The notes under the pieces are model-generated. The model saw nothing but the letters and a program-made list of their open reading frames with translations. It was not told the DNA's origin and ran no database searches. Positions 11,820-23,119 of a stretch of 64,000 nt of DNA are shown piece by piece. Each line of letters begins with the position of its first letter. Positions within the stretch are counted from its first letter, which is position 1. Source of the DNA: Eledone cirrhosa (Eukaryota). A program made the translations under genes and the position numbers. The DNA lies in contig OZ024741.1 of assembly GCA_964016885.1 (NCBI GenBank), positions 338,148,001 to 338,212,000 of the forward strand. Direction: 5' to 3'.

Positions 11820-13857
11820 TCCTTGAATCTCAGTCATTGATGTTGGTTAACTGGAAAGTCCGTTGGATTGAATATCAAGCCACTACCTGCAGCCTCAGAT
11901 ATTCAGGACGTATCGGAGGGTTCTTGCTGTTCCAAGCAAGCATGCCTTTTGAAGCGTTCCAAAAAGCGTGAAGGGGCCGATTTTCTTTAACCATCCCTGG
12001 AAACCTTTGGAGATAGTCCCCAGTGCGCCTATGACAATCGGGATCACTTTGACTTCATGGCAGTTCCAAATCCTTTTCACCTCCCACTTTAGGTCCTGGT
12101 ATCGGTTAATTTTCTCCCTCTCCTTCTCTTGCACTCTCGTGTCGAACGGGCAGGCCACATCCACAATCAGGCACGATCTTTTTTCTTTGTCCACAACCAC
12201 CAGGTCAGGTCTATTGTGTTCCAGTTTTTTGTCCGTCTGTATCCTAAAATCCCACAGCACCTTCACCTGACTGTTCTCCATCACCGCCTCTGGCCTATGC
12301 TCATACCATTTCTCAGAATGTGGTAGAGTGTTTACTTTGCACAGGTGCCAGTGGATCACCCTGCCCATCACATCGTGTCTCCAGCCATTATAGTGGGTCT
12401 GGGCTAGGTGTTTACACTCGGACACAATGTGAGCCACAGTCTCCTCTCTCTCTCCACAGATCCTGCACAGTGGGCTAGCCTCCTCCTTGTAGATATGGTG
12501 CTTCAACCACTTCGTTTTGAGGGCCTGCTCCTGCGCAGCCATTAGCATTCCTTCTGTAGCCTTTTTGAGGTCTCCTCTTCTCAACCAGTTCCATGTCTGT
12601 GGATCTCTAAATTCAGTTTTCTCAAAGAAGGTACTATGAAGGGATTTTCCCTTAAGGCTGCTCTTCCTCCTTGATGTTATTTCCTCCTTGGATATCCCTG
12701 GCCTACTGTCCCCTCCTTCAGTACAGCTCTGAGCATTGGCTCCTTACTATAGGTCACGTATTTGTATAGGTTGTTTTTCTCCATCTGAACACAGTCCTCT
12801 ATGCTGATAAGACCTCTTCCACCCTCAGATCTCCTTAGGTAGAGTCTATCGACATCACTCCTCTTGTGGAACATGTTGTAGATAGTCAATAGCTTCCTAG
12901 ACTTCCTATCCATTTCTTTTTGTTCAGCAACATTCCATCTCAGAATTCCCGCACTGTACCTAATAATAGACACAGCTCGGGAATTTACTGCGCTTATGGC
13001 ATTTCTGCTGTTCAGATGTGACTTCAATACGCTCCTTACTCTCCGAATGTATTCAGTTCTTAACAATTCCTTCATTTTTTTGTTCTTTATGCCATCAGCC
13101 TCCAGAACACCCAAATACTTGTATCCTTCCTCAGAGTCAATTTCCTTTATCATCTCACCTGTTGGTATCTGGATCCCGTTACTTCTGCTCAACCTACCCC
13201 TCTTCATCACAATGACTCCACATTTACCAATACCAAACTGCATACATATATCACTGCTGAAAATACGGACAGTGTCAACAAGCACATCCAACTCCTTCTC
13301 ACTTTTCCCGAAGAGCTTAAGATCGTCCATGAAGAGGAGGTGATTGATGGTAAGCTCTCCCCTTCCCAACTTGTATCCTGCTCTCACTTTTCGCAGCATA
13401 ATGGTCAAGGGCATCAGGGCAAGGACAAACAACAGAGGGGACAGGCTATCTCCCTGGAAGATACCTCTCTTGATCTTCACGCTTCCCAAGGATACTCCAG
13501 TTGATGTCAACTCTGTCTCCCAGGACCCCATACTCCTGCCCAGCAACTGTCTGATGTTATCTGCCACCCTGAAGATCTCCAGGCTTTTGGTGATCCAGGA
13601 ATGAGGCACCATGTCAAATGCCTTTCTGTAGTCTATCCATCCCATGGCAAGATCAGTGTGTCTCCTCCTGCAATTCCCCATTACCATCTTATCAATAAGC
13701 AACTGGTCCTTTGTACCACGTGACTTCTTTCGGCATCCTTTCTGTTCGTCCGGTAACAAGTTGTTTGTGTGGAGGTGATGGTAGATTTCCTCAGACACAA
13801 TGCTCGTCAACAGTTTCCACATTACGGGCAGACATGTGATAGGTCTATAGTTGGTAA
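11820..13857 (-). mobile_element. R4/Dong-clade non-LTR retrotransposon, 5'-truncated (RT + CCHC + PD-(D/E)xK RLE)
   Basis: ORFs 12677-13822 ([31 protein letters not shown]) and 11895-12584 (CRICG..H..C, RHD, RPDL, DVACP) are split by one frameshift. Embedded in (TAA)n. Confidence 0.93.
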
Positions 13858-13896
13858 TTTAATTTTTTCTGAATCAAGGGTAATAAGGTTACCAAC

Positions 13897-13897
<1 letters not shown>

Positions 13898-13994
<97 letters not shown>
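13898..13994. repeat. (ATT)n microsatellite (others at ~11432-11463, 11749-11819, 15181-15202, 17208-17226)
   Basis: Direct inspection. Confidence 0.97.
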
Positions 13995-13995
<1 letters not shown>

Positions 13996-14915
13996 AGTTG
14001 CATTTATCTGGCTTTATGTTCATACGAGTTATCACCAAGTCACAACCAGTGACCTCAAGAGACAACAAGGTCCGCCATGTTCAAGAAAGACCATACATAC
14101 ACACACATGCATCTTCAGGTGTTTAGACTTGTGATGTACTTATATTGACAGAATCTTCCTTAGTATATGAGCAGTTCCCATTAGTACTATCTTTTGTATT
14201 TCTCCTATACGCGCGTTTCCTGGGATTTGCGATAAGTAATCATTAGACCGTTAGGTATCATTCCTAGAGTGCCTACAGCCACTGGTATTGTTTTAGTTCT
14301 CAATTTCCACATTTTTCCAATTTCTATCTCCAGGTCCTTATACTTGCTCAATTTTTCAAATGTTTTTATAAATACATTCTTGTCTATTGGAACGGACATA
14401 TCAATTAGCAGGCATACCCTCCTTTTAAAGTCCTTCAGTATTATATCAGGTCTATTTGCATCTATTTTTCGGTCTGTTTGGATGCTAAAGTTCCACAAGA
14501 TTGAGATGTGATATTTTTCAAGTATGGGAGGTGGTTGATGCTCCCACCAATTCTTTTGATGGGGCAGGTCAAAATGCTTACACATTATCCAATGTATGTA
14601 TTGTGCAGCTCTGTCATGCCTGTTTAGGTATTCGGTTGGAGCTATAGGACTGCACATTGAAATTATATGATCAATGGGCTCTGGTTGTTTTTTACATACA
14701 CGGCATAATGGGTTGCATCCATTTTCATTATGTTGGCTTGGTAATTTTTTGTTGGCAGACACTGATCTTGTGCTGATATAATCAGTCCTTCAGTCTCCGA
14801 TTTCAGTCCAGAGGATGCCAACCACTGATGGGTTAAAGTCTTGTCAACATCAGGATTGTTAGCTCTTTCTGGGTATTTTCCATACAAAGGCTTTTCTTAC
14901 CATTTCTTAGCCAGC
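13995..14915 (-). mobile_element. Second, divergent RLE-type (R4/Dong-like) family, 3' fragment
   Basis: GLKSETEGLIISAQDQ, CRVC..QPEPIDHIISMC, RHD, RPDII, LIDMSVP, KYKDL...RKILSI*; the 3' UTR abuts (TAA)n. Confidence 0.87.
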
Positions 14916-15180
14916 TGGTGGTCAGGATAGTCGTGGTCTTTTGTGTGGTTTTCGCCACGAGTAACCCTCGGAGGTTTCCCCCCCTATTGGGGAATTTTTC
15001 ATTGTTTCAATTTTCATTTTTATTGTTTATATATATATGTTTCTATGTCCTTTTTTTCTTTTCTTATATAAATAATAAAAATATTTACACGCACAAAACC
15101 CACATCGTACCGTCCTGTACCGTCCTGTGCCGTCTGTAATGTTTTTCTTGATGTCAGCCCTTGTGGCCAATAAAGAAATC
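14916..15180 (+). mobile_element. Tx1-family 3' UTR-only fragment
   Basis: Homologous to ~11225-11431: GGTGGTCAGG, CCCCCTATTGGGGAATTTTTC, TTTACACGCA, CCCTTGTGG..AATAAAGAAA, then (ATT)n. Confidence 0.8.
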
Positions 15181-15202
15181 ATTATTATTATTGTTATTAT
15201 TG

Positions 15203-17210
15203 TTCTTTGAGTCTCAGTCATTGATGTTAGTTAACTGGAAAGTTTGTTGAAATGAATATCAAGCCACTACCTGCAGCCTCAGATATTCAGTACGTATCGG
15301 AGGGTTCTTGCTGTTCCCAGCAAGCATGCCTTTTGAAGCGTTCCAAAACGCGTGGCAGGGCCAATTTTCTTTAACCATCCCTGGAAACTTTTTGAGATAG
15401 TACCTAGTGCGCCTATGACAATCGGGACCACTTTGACTTCATGGCAGTTCCAAATCCTTTTTACCTCCCACTTTAAGTCCTGGTATCGGTTAATTTTCTC
15501 CCTCTCCTTCTCTTGCACTCTCGTGTCGAATGGGCAGGCCACATCTACAATCAGGCACGATCTTTTTTCCTTGTCCAAAACCACCAGGTCAGGTCTATTG
15601 TGTTACAGTTTCTTGTCCGTCTGTATCCTAAAATCCCACAGCACCTTCATCTGATCGTTTTCTATCACCGACTCTGGCTTATGCTCATACCACTTCTCAG
15701 AATGTGGTAAATTGTTTACTTTGCATAGGTGCTAGTGGATCACCCTGTCCATCACATCATGTCTCCAGCCCTTATAGTGAGTCTGGGCTAGGTGTTTACA
15801 CTCGGATACAATGTGAGCCACAGTCTCCTCTCTCTCTCTCCACAGATCCTGCACAGTGAGCTAGCCTGCTCCTTGTAAATATGGTGTTTCAACCACTTCG
15901 TTTTGAGGGCCTGCTCTTGCGCAGCCATTAACATTCCTTCTGTAGCCTTTTTAAGGTCTCCTCTTTTCAACCAGTTCCATGTCTGTGGATCTCTGAATTC
16001 AGTTTTCTCAAAGAAGGTACTATGAAGGGATTTTTCATGAAGGCTGCTCTTTCTCCTTGTTGTTATTTCCTCCTTGGACATCCCCTAGTCTATTGTCCTC
16101 TCTTTCAGTACAATTCTGAGCATTGGCTCCTTACTATCAGTCACGTATTTGTGTAGGTTGTTTTTCTCCATCTGAACACAGTCCTCTATGCTGATAAGAC
16201 CTCTTCCACCTTCAGATCTCCTTAAGTAGAGTCTATCGACATCACTCCTCTTGTGGAACATGTTGTAGATAGTCAATAGCTTCCTAGTCTTCCTATCCAT
16301 TTCTTTTTGTTCAGCAACATTCCATCTCAGAATTCCCGCACTGTATCTAATAATAGACACAGCTCGGGAATTTACTGCACTTATGGCATTCCTACTGTTC
16401 AGATGTGACTTTAATACGTTCCTTACTCTCCGAATGTATTCAGATCTTATCAATTCCTTCATTTTTTTGTTCTTGATGTCATCAGCCTCCAGAACACCCA
16501 AATACTTGTATCCTTCTTCAGTGTCAATTTCCTTTATCATCTCACCTGTTGGTACCTCGATTCCGTTGCTTCTGCTCAATTTACCCCTCTTCATCACAAG
16601 GACTCCACACTTACTAATACCAAATTGCATACATATATCATTGCTGAAAATACGGACAGTGTCAACAAGCACATCCAACTCCTTCTCACTCTTCCCGAAG
16701 AGCTTAAGATCGTCCATGAAGAGGAGGTGATTGATGGTAAGCTCTCCCTTTCCCAACTTGTATCCTGCTCTCACTTTTCGCAGTATAATGGTCAGGGGTA
16801 TCAGGGCAAGGACAAACAACAGAGGGGACAGACTATCTCCCTGGAAGATACCTCTCTTGATCTTCACGCCTCCCAAGGATTCTCCAGCCGATGTTAACTC
16901 TGTTTTCCAGGACTTCATACTATTGCCCAACAACTGTCTGATGTTATCTGCCACCTTGAAGATCTCTAGGCTTTTGGTGATCCAAGAATGAGGCACCATG
17001 TCAAATGCCTTTTTGTAGTCTATCCATCCCATGGCAAGACCAGTGTGTCTCCTCTTGCAATTCCTCATTACCATTTTATCAATAAGTAACTGGTCCTTTG
17101 TACCATGGGACTTCTTTCGGCATCCTTTCTGTTCGTCCGGTAACAAGTTGTTTGTGTGGAGGTGATGGTAGATTTCCTCAGACATAATGCTTGTCAACAG
17201 TTTCCACATT
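15203..17210 (-). mobile_element. R4/Dong-clade retrotransposon, second 5'-truncated copy
   Basis: ORFs 16085-17209, 15788-16081 and 15279-15584 are close homologues of the 11.8-13.9 kb copy; (TAA)n at both ends. Confidence 0.93.
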
Positions 17211-17227
17211 ATTATTATTATTATTAT

Positions 17228-17416
17228 AGGGCGGTGGATTGGCAGTATCGGTAAGGGTCGGACGCCATGCTTTGAAGCATAGAGTTACCTCCCTTTATGA
17301 TCTGAGTTCAAATCCCGCCGAGGTTAACTTTGCCTTTCATCCTTACGGGGTCGATAAAATAAAGTACCAGTAATGCACTAGGATAATTGCTGGCCTTGTG
17401 CCAAAAGTAGAAACAG
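17228..17416 (+). mobile_element. tRNA-derived SINE with Pol III A/B boxes and a Deu/Nin-like central domain
   Basis: A-box-like TGGCAGTATCGG, B-box GAGTTCAAATCC, core GCCTTTCATCCTTACGGGGTCGATAAAATAAAGTACCAG. The domain assignment is from recall of DeuSINE/Nin consensus. Confidence 0.87.
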
Positions 17417-18282
17417 TTATTTTATTCACAAAACTCTATTGAATATACTTGAATATTTTAAACGTTTCATCTTCAAGGTTAGTTATACTTAAAAGCTATA
17501 TATATTTTATTGATAATAAGAACATGTAAGATTAAATATTAAACTCCTTCAAAATATTTCTATAAATACTTTTCAACATCTGATGTAAAGAAATATGTCT
17601 ATAAAATCTATAACATAAGTTTATTTATGTAGGGTTTTTTTTAATGTCAAGACACATTTATTCAGTTATGGGTCGAGACCCGCAATTTGAAAACCCCCTG
17701 TTTTAAGGCATACTAGGGGATAGGGATAGTGGATAAGATATGGCTGCTGAATCAAGGGTTTGAATCACACAGCTAACCATGCTTTGTGTGTGTGCGTGTG
17801 TATGTGCGCGCGCGCATGTGTGTGCATGTGTGTTTGTGTGTGTGTTTTGTATTTTATTTCTTGTATATGGGAAATGTACTTAGTCCTTCATGCCATAGCT
17901 TTAGTCAAACTTAACAATCCTAACAATCACATCAGTATGACGTCTGGGAACAATCTCACAGCTTTTAGCAATTCGTCAATTCTTTTCTGATCTCCATTGC
18001 AATATGTATAGCTAAACTTTTATATGAACGTACATGGTTATTTTTATTACCTGAAAATGTATTCACTAGTATCAGTGTATTGTGAAATAAGCAGAAATAT
18101 ATTAGTGAATGGGACTGACACAGAAAGAAGAGTGACATAGTGAGAACTGACCATACATAAAATTCTGAAATTCAAAAGAGATGACAAACGACCGAAAAGA
18201 TCGGCCGAAACTGCAGTCGGCGGGACATTAAAGAAAAAATAGATATATTTTTGTCTATTGTTTCCTCATATTTTGTAATTTG

Positions 18283-18339
<57 letters not shown>

Positions 18340-18639
18340 CAATTTAATTTTATATTTCAATTTTAATATTTTAATATATAGATCTGAAACCAGATGTACA
18401 TAGCAACATGTAGATCAAATAAATAATGTATTAATTGTTGAAACTTGGTGATCTATTACTTGTGTTCATATATGCTTTGTGATCTAAGATGACCGGAATT
18501 ATACTAACTGGATTTACCTCTGAAATATCTCTTGCTAATCTGGATATAGAATAAACTATATTGGATCTTTAAATATCTGCACGCCTTACTGTTGCATTAT
18601 CAACTTATAGAATTTTAAGTTTATCCCGGGTTCAATCGG

Positions 18640-18806
18640 GGGTAACCACAGTAAGTAAGGTACTCAATACATAGCAGAGTATAAATATTTAATATAGAAA
18701 TGGCTTCTACAGGACTAGAACTGTTTCATTCGGGAGAAATCATCAGGCTTCCTGGTGATTTCTCCCGATTGAAACAGTTCTAGTCCTGTAGAAGCCATTT
18801 CTATAT
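18640..18806. mobile_element. Small Penelope-type element ending in a ~56-bp-arm palindrome built from a hammerhead motif, followed by (TA)n
   Basis: ~18692-18747 and ~18751-18806 are reverse complements with 2 mismatches; upstream GGTAACCA...GTACTCAATAC as at ~117-156. Confidence 0.65.
18746..18796 (+). ncRNA. Type I hammerhead motif with core substitution (CUGGUGA)
   Basis: GGCTTC-CTGGTGA-TTTC TCCC GATT-GAA-ACAG TTCTAGTC CTGT-A-GAAGCC gives a 6-bp stem I and 4-bp stem III. The inverted copy keeps CTGATGA but lacks the stem I 5' strand. Confidence 0.65.
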
Positions 18807-18813
18807 ATATATA

Positions 18814-19728
18814 TCCTTCCTTGCTCACATTTCAACCAGGTTTGATGGTCTTTATTCTCTCGTTCACGATTTCACCGAACTTAAATTCATAGAAATCTGG
18901 GACTTGTCTCCTTCTTCCTCACTTTCTGTTGCCTCACCATTTTGTTTGTTTACCCTCGCGTCTCCTTTATTTACGTGTCCCAACGACTTTTTTTAGCCGG
19001 AGGTATATGGTCTTTAAAGCGATGAAATGCCTATGATAGTTGGAAGATCACTGATGAAGGACAAACTTTTTTCATATGTAACCCATTTGCAACTCCGCAG
19101 CGCCCTTATTATCATATTTACACATTTTTTTCCTCTGCTGCTACACCGTCTTTTTCGTTCTATGTATCTTTACCCTTTCTAGCAGTCTCTCTCTCTCTGT
19201 TAGCCTCTTCCTCACCCTTCACTCACTCATTCTCTGTCACTACCTCTCCTCCTCCTCCTCTTTCTTCCCGTTTGACCTGTGAGTAATTCTTTTCTCTCAC
19301 ATTCTCGGCCAAGCTGGTCGGAATTTTTTCTCTCTCGTCTACGATTTCACAGAACTTATGTTTACCGAATTCGCAGACCAGACCCCTTCTTCCTCCCGTT
19401 AGACCTGTGCGAAATTCCTTCCTTGCTCACATTTCAACCAGGTTTGATGGTCTTTATTCTCTCGTTCACGATTTCACCGAACTTAAATTCATAGAAATCT
19501 GGGACTTGTCTCCTTCTTCCTCACTTTCTGTTGCCTCACCATTTTGTTTGTTTACCCTCGCGTCCCCTTTATTTACGTGTCCCAACGACTTTTTTTAGCC
19601 GTTGCTCGCACCAACCGGAGGTATATGGTCTTTAAAGCGATGAAATGCCTATGATAGTTGGAAGATCACTGATGAAGGACAAACTGTTTTCATATGTAAC
19701 CCATTTGCAACTCCGCAGCGCCCTTATT

Positions 19729-19735
<7 letters not shown>
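18814..19735. repeat. TA-flanked element with ~300-bp direct terminal repeats (18814-19117 and 19416-19735)
   Basis: Near-identical copies; the first lacks 16 bp (TTGCTCGCACCAACCG) between CCG microhomologies. Confidence 0.85.
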
Positions 19736-19764
<29 letters not shown>

Positions 19765-20034
19765 TGTATATATATAGGCCTGTACAGTACAGTATATATT
19801 CTTGATATTGTTTATTTATTTCGATTAATAGTTTTTAACTTAAAATCATATACACAGAACTATAGCTTTTCTTTATAAAGTATATTACTGTACAGTAGTC
19901 TTATTTTTTATTTTAGCTGTGGATTTCAAGGTTTTCAACTTAAGCAAGGCTATATTATGGGCACCTTTCGCTCGGCCAACATTCGTCATATACGTTCAGA
20001 ATAATTCTGGATATATTGTTTCTTTATTTTGACT

Positions 20035-22992
20035 AACCTAGGGTTCTAGTTAGAAATAAGGATAGGGACATGTTAAGCTGTCCACAAATGTTCATGGTTG
20101 CCTACTCAGGTCACAAACTAGTGACCTGCATGGTCAACCTTGATAGAACGCATAGACAAGGACCCGGCTACTGGAAGCTGAACTTGTCGTTACCGACATG
20201 CAAAGCCTACAGTTGACGGATTAGCACTTTAGTTAAACAGCACTTGACAGGGCCATTGTCAACAACAGATGGTGGTACTCTCTCAAGAGGGCAGTTAGAT
20301 TAGATTCGTTAGTTTTTAGTAAAGAATTAGCGTTAGATAGAAATAGGACCGAGAAGGAACTGGTAGATAAAGTAGAAGAGGCAATTAGAAGTGGCAACGT
20401 AGCCAGCATGCTAGCAACGAGAACGGCCTTGGACCAGTTCTTCGACGCAAAGCATGAGGGCTGAGTTGTCAGAAGCAAAATACGTGCTCTGGGTAACGAG
20501 GGAGCCAAAGCTGTTAGCTGGGCCCGGGTGACGGAGGCGAAAAGTGGCAAGTCCACGATTCGGTCTTTGAAGGACCAAGACGGACGCGTGATACGTGAGC
20601 CGAAGCAGATGTGCGCGGCCTTTCAGCGGCACTTTGCTCAGCTGTTCGGGCAGGGCGGCGCGCCGGGAGGGGCTATGGATTTCGGTCCATACCTCGACGG
20701 CCTACCGCGACTTTTGACAGCGAGGCGAAGTTCTGAGAAAAGCCGATTTCAGCCGCTGAGATAAGGGACGCGCTGAGCCAATGCGGCAAACGCAAATCTC
20801 CAGGTCTCGACGGTCTACCCTACGAATTTTACGTAGCAATGCCTGACTTGTTCTCCGGTCTCCTGGAAGCGGTCTACTGCAACTGGCAGTAGAACGGGAG
20901 AATTCCCAGTTCTGTGATCAGGGGCGTAGTCACACTAGTCAGGAAGGACGAGAATAAGGAGGATGACATAGGCAACTTCCAGCCATAACTCTGCTAAACA
21001 CAGAGTTACAGATTTTGGCCTAGGTGTTGGCAAAGAGGCTGGCGCTTGTCGTCGAACACCTGGTGGGAGAAGCGCAGATATGCGCAATCCCGACCAGGTC
21101 CATACACGACAACCTCCACTTCATGCGATACATCATAGAGAGGGTAGGGTGTAAACCCGGCTTCGGTGGGGCCCTTATCAACTTGGATCAGTCTAAGGCT
21201 TTCGATAGGGTTGACCATCGTTACCTGGATGCGGTGCTCGAGGCGGTAGGCTTCGGACCCGTGTTCAGGGGCTGGATTGCTGCAATGCACAACAGCAACA
21301 TCTGCTCAAGGATTATGGTGAACGGCTACCTCTCGGAGCCGTTCCATATCACGCGATACATCCGACAGGGATGCCCTCTCTCCTCCCTTCTGTACGTACT
21401 GACTCTCGAGCCACTACTGCGGAAGTTGGAGCTATTGCAGGGCATCCCTCTAGAACCGGGACTGCAGAAAGCGGCGTCGGCCTACGCCGACGACGTGACA
21501 GTAATGGTGTCGAGCACCTCGTAAATCGAGAAAGTCGGTACCTTACTGAAGGAATACGAAAGGCTCAAAGGAGCGAAGCTGAAACGGGACAAGTCCGTCG
21601 GTTTGCAACTCGGTTCGTGGAGAGGCAAACCGATGCCTTCCGATGGCGTCATCGGACGCTGGACGGAAGGACCGGTAAAGCTGCTCGGGGTCTGGTTTGG
21701 TCTGGAACTCCACGTATAGAAAAACTGGAACGAGGTGACGGCCAAGGTTTTTGCACTCACCCAGAAGTGGGCCGAGTGCAAACTATCCTTGAAAGGTCGA
21801 GCGGAGGTGGCGAACACTTTTATAGCGTCCGTCATCTACTACCGCTTGACCGTCGTGCCTTGTCCAGCCAAAACGCTCACCAAAATGGAGGGCGTGCTCT
21901 TCCAATTCCTTTGGAAGAAGCGGGCTCCTTTGGTGAGAAGATCCATCTGCTGCCAAGACCCTTCTAACGGAGGGCTGGGGATACCGTTTCTGACGATGCG
22001 CAAACACGTCAAGCAAAGACCGAGGAAAATGGGCGACTGGCACATCGAATGTGCTCAGGCGCTCACAGCCCTCTGGCAGGCGGACCCGGCCATCAGTGGA
22101 GACTCCACTTCGTCATTCTATAGAGGGTTGATCCGCAGGAAGTGCGACGACGCGCTCGGAGAAACTCTAGGCGTAGAGGAAGACGAACTGGCCAGTCTGT
22201 TCGGTAGGACCTTCCGCCCGGGACCAATGGACAACTTCCAACAGTCCCTGGCTTGGCAGTGCTACCGAGGAGCTCTACCAGTTCGAGACAAGCTCTACAG
22301 ACATGGGCGCCCGCGCAGGGACCCTTCGAAAAAGATCTGTCCGAGATGCGTACGAGACGAAGAAACCGTCGCGCACGTATTCATACACTGCCCGGGCGTT
22401 ACCGACTTGTGGGGCTATTTAGAACGATTATTGTCGCGGGTGGGACAAATCCGGTTGACCACCGAGTCCATTGTCATGATCAAACCGCCACCCTCCTTCA
22501 AAAACGAAGGAGAGGCGGTTTTCCTTTGCGTGATAGCTATGGCGAAAGAGGTTGTATGGTGAACGAGGTTAAAAGGGCTGAGGTCAGACAACTTTCTCAC
22601 CGGCCAACAACTGATTCTTTTTTTCAAATACCACTTTGGAAGAAGAATCAGGATGGAGAAAGAGGTGCTGTACCCCAGCAAGTTTTATGAAAGGTGGGTG
22701 AAAGTGGCGAGAATGGCCCGAGTGAATGGGCCTTCTCTCTATATCAGCCTGTAGGTTGAGGAAAAAGAGGAAGAGAGAAAAGGGGTACTCACTCTTCGTA
22801 CTCCTGGAGATGAGGGTTGCACATTTTTTCGGGGGTATGTGTTACCCATATGAAATGTCTCCCCCTATTGGGGAAAATAGATTAATTTTTAAATTGCATT
22901 TGTGACAGCATTTTACACGTTTTTATTGTATGTAAACTTCCCCCTTTGTATTTGTCCCCTTCTTTTGTGCCCCTGCGGCTAATAAAGGAACA
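20035..22992 (+). mobile_element. Second Tx1/L1-clade LINE ORF2 remnant (diverged relative of 8443-11431)
   Basis: GPGYWKLN, KSPGLDG, LDQSKAFDRV, IRQGCPLS, AYADD and CPRC..ETVAHVFIHC motifs; CCCCCTATTGGGG and AATAAA in the 3' UTR; multiple stops. Confidence 0.92.
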
Positions 22993-23045
22993 TATCTATC
23001 TATCTCTCTCTTTCAGTCTATCTCTCTAGTCCCTCCCTCTCTCCA

Positions 23046-23113
<68 letters not shown>

Positions 23114-23119
<6 letters not shown>

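Noticed and set aside
12996-16991. Duplicated plus-strand ORFs ([10 protein letters not shown]..., MMVSSP...)
   Set aside because: Antisense shadows of the Dong RT frames
17228-17320. tRNA gene
   Set aside because: A/B boxes present but no cloverleaf; it is the head of a multi-copy SINE
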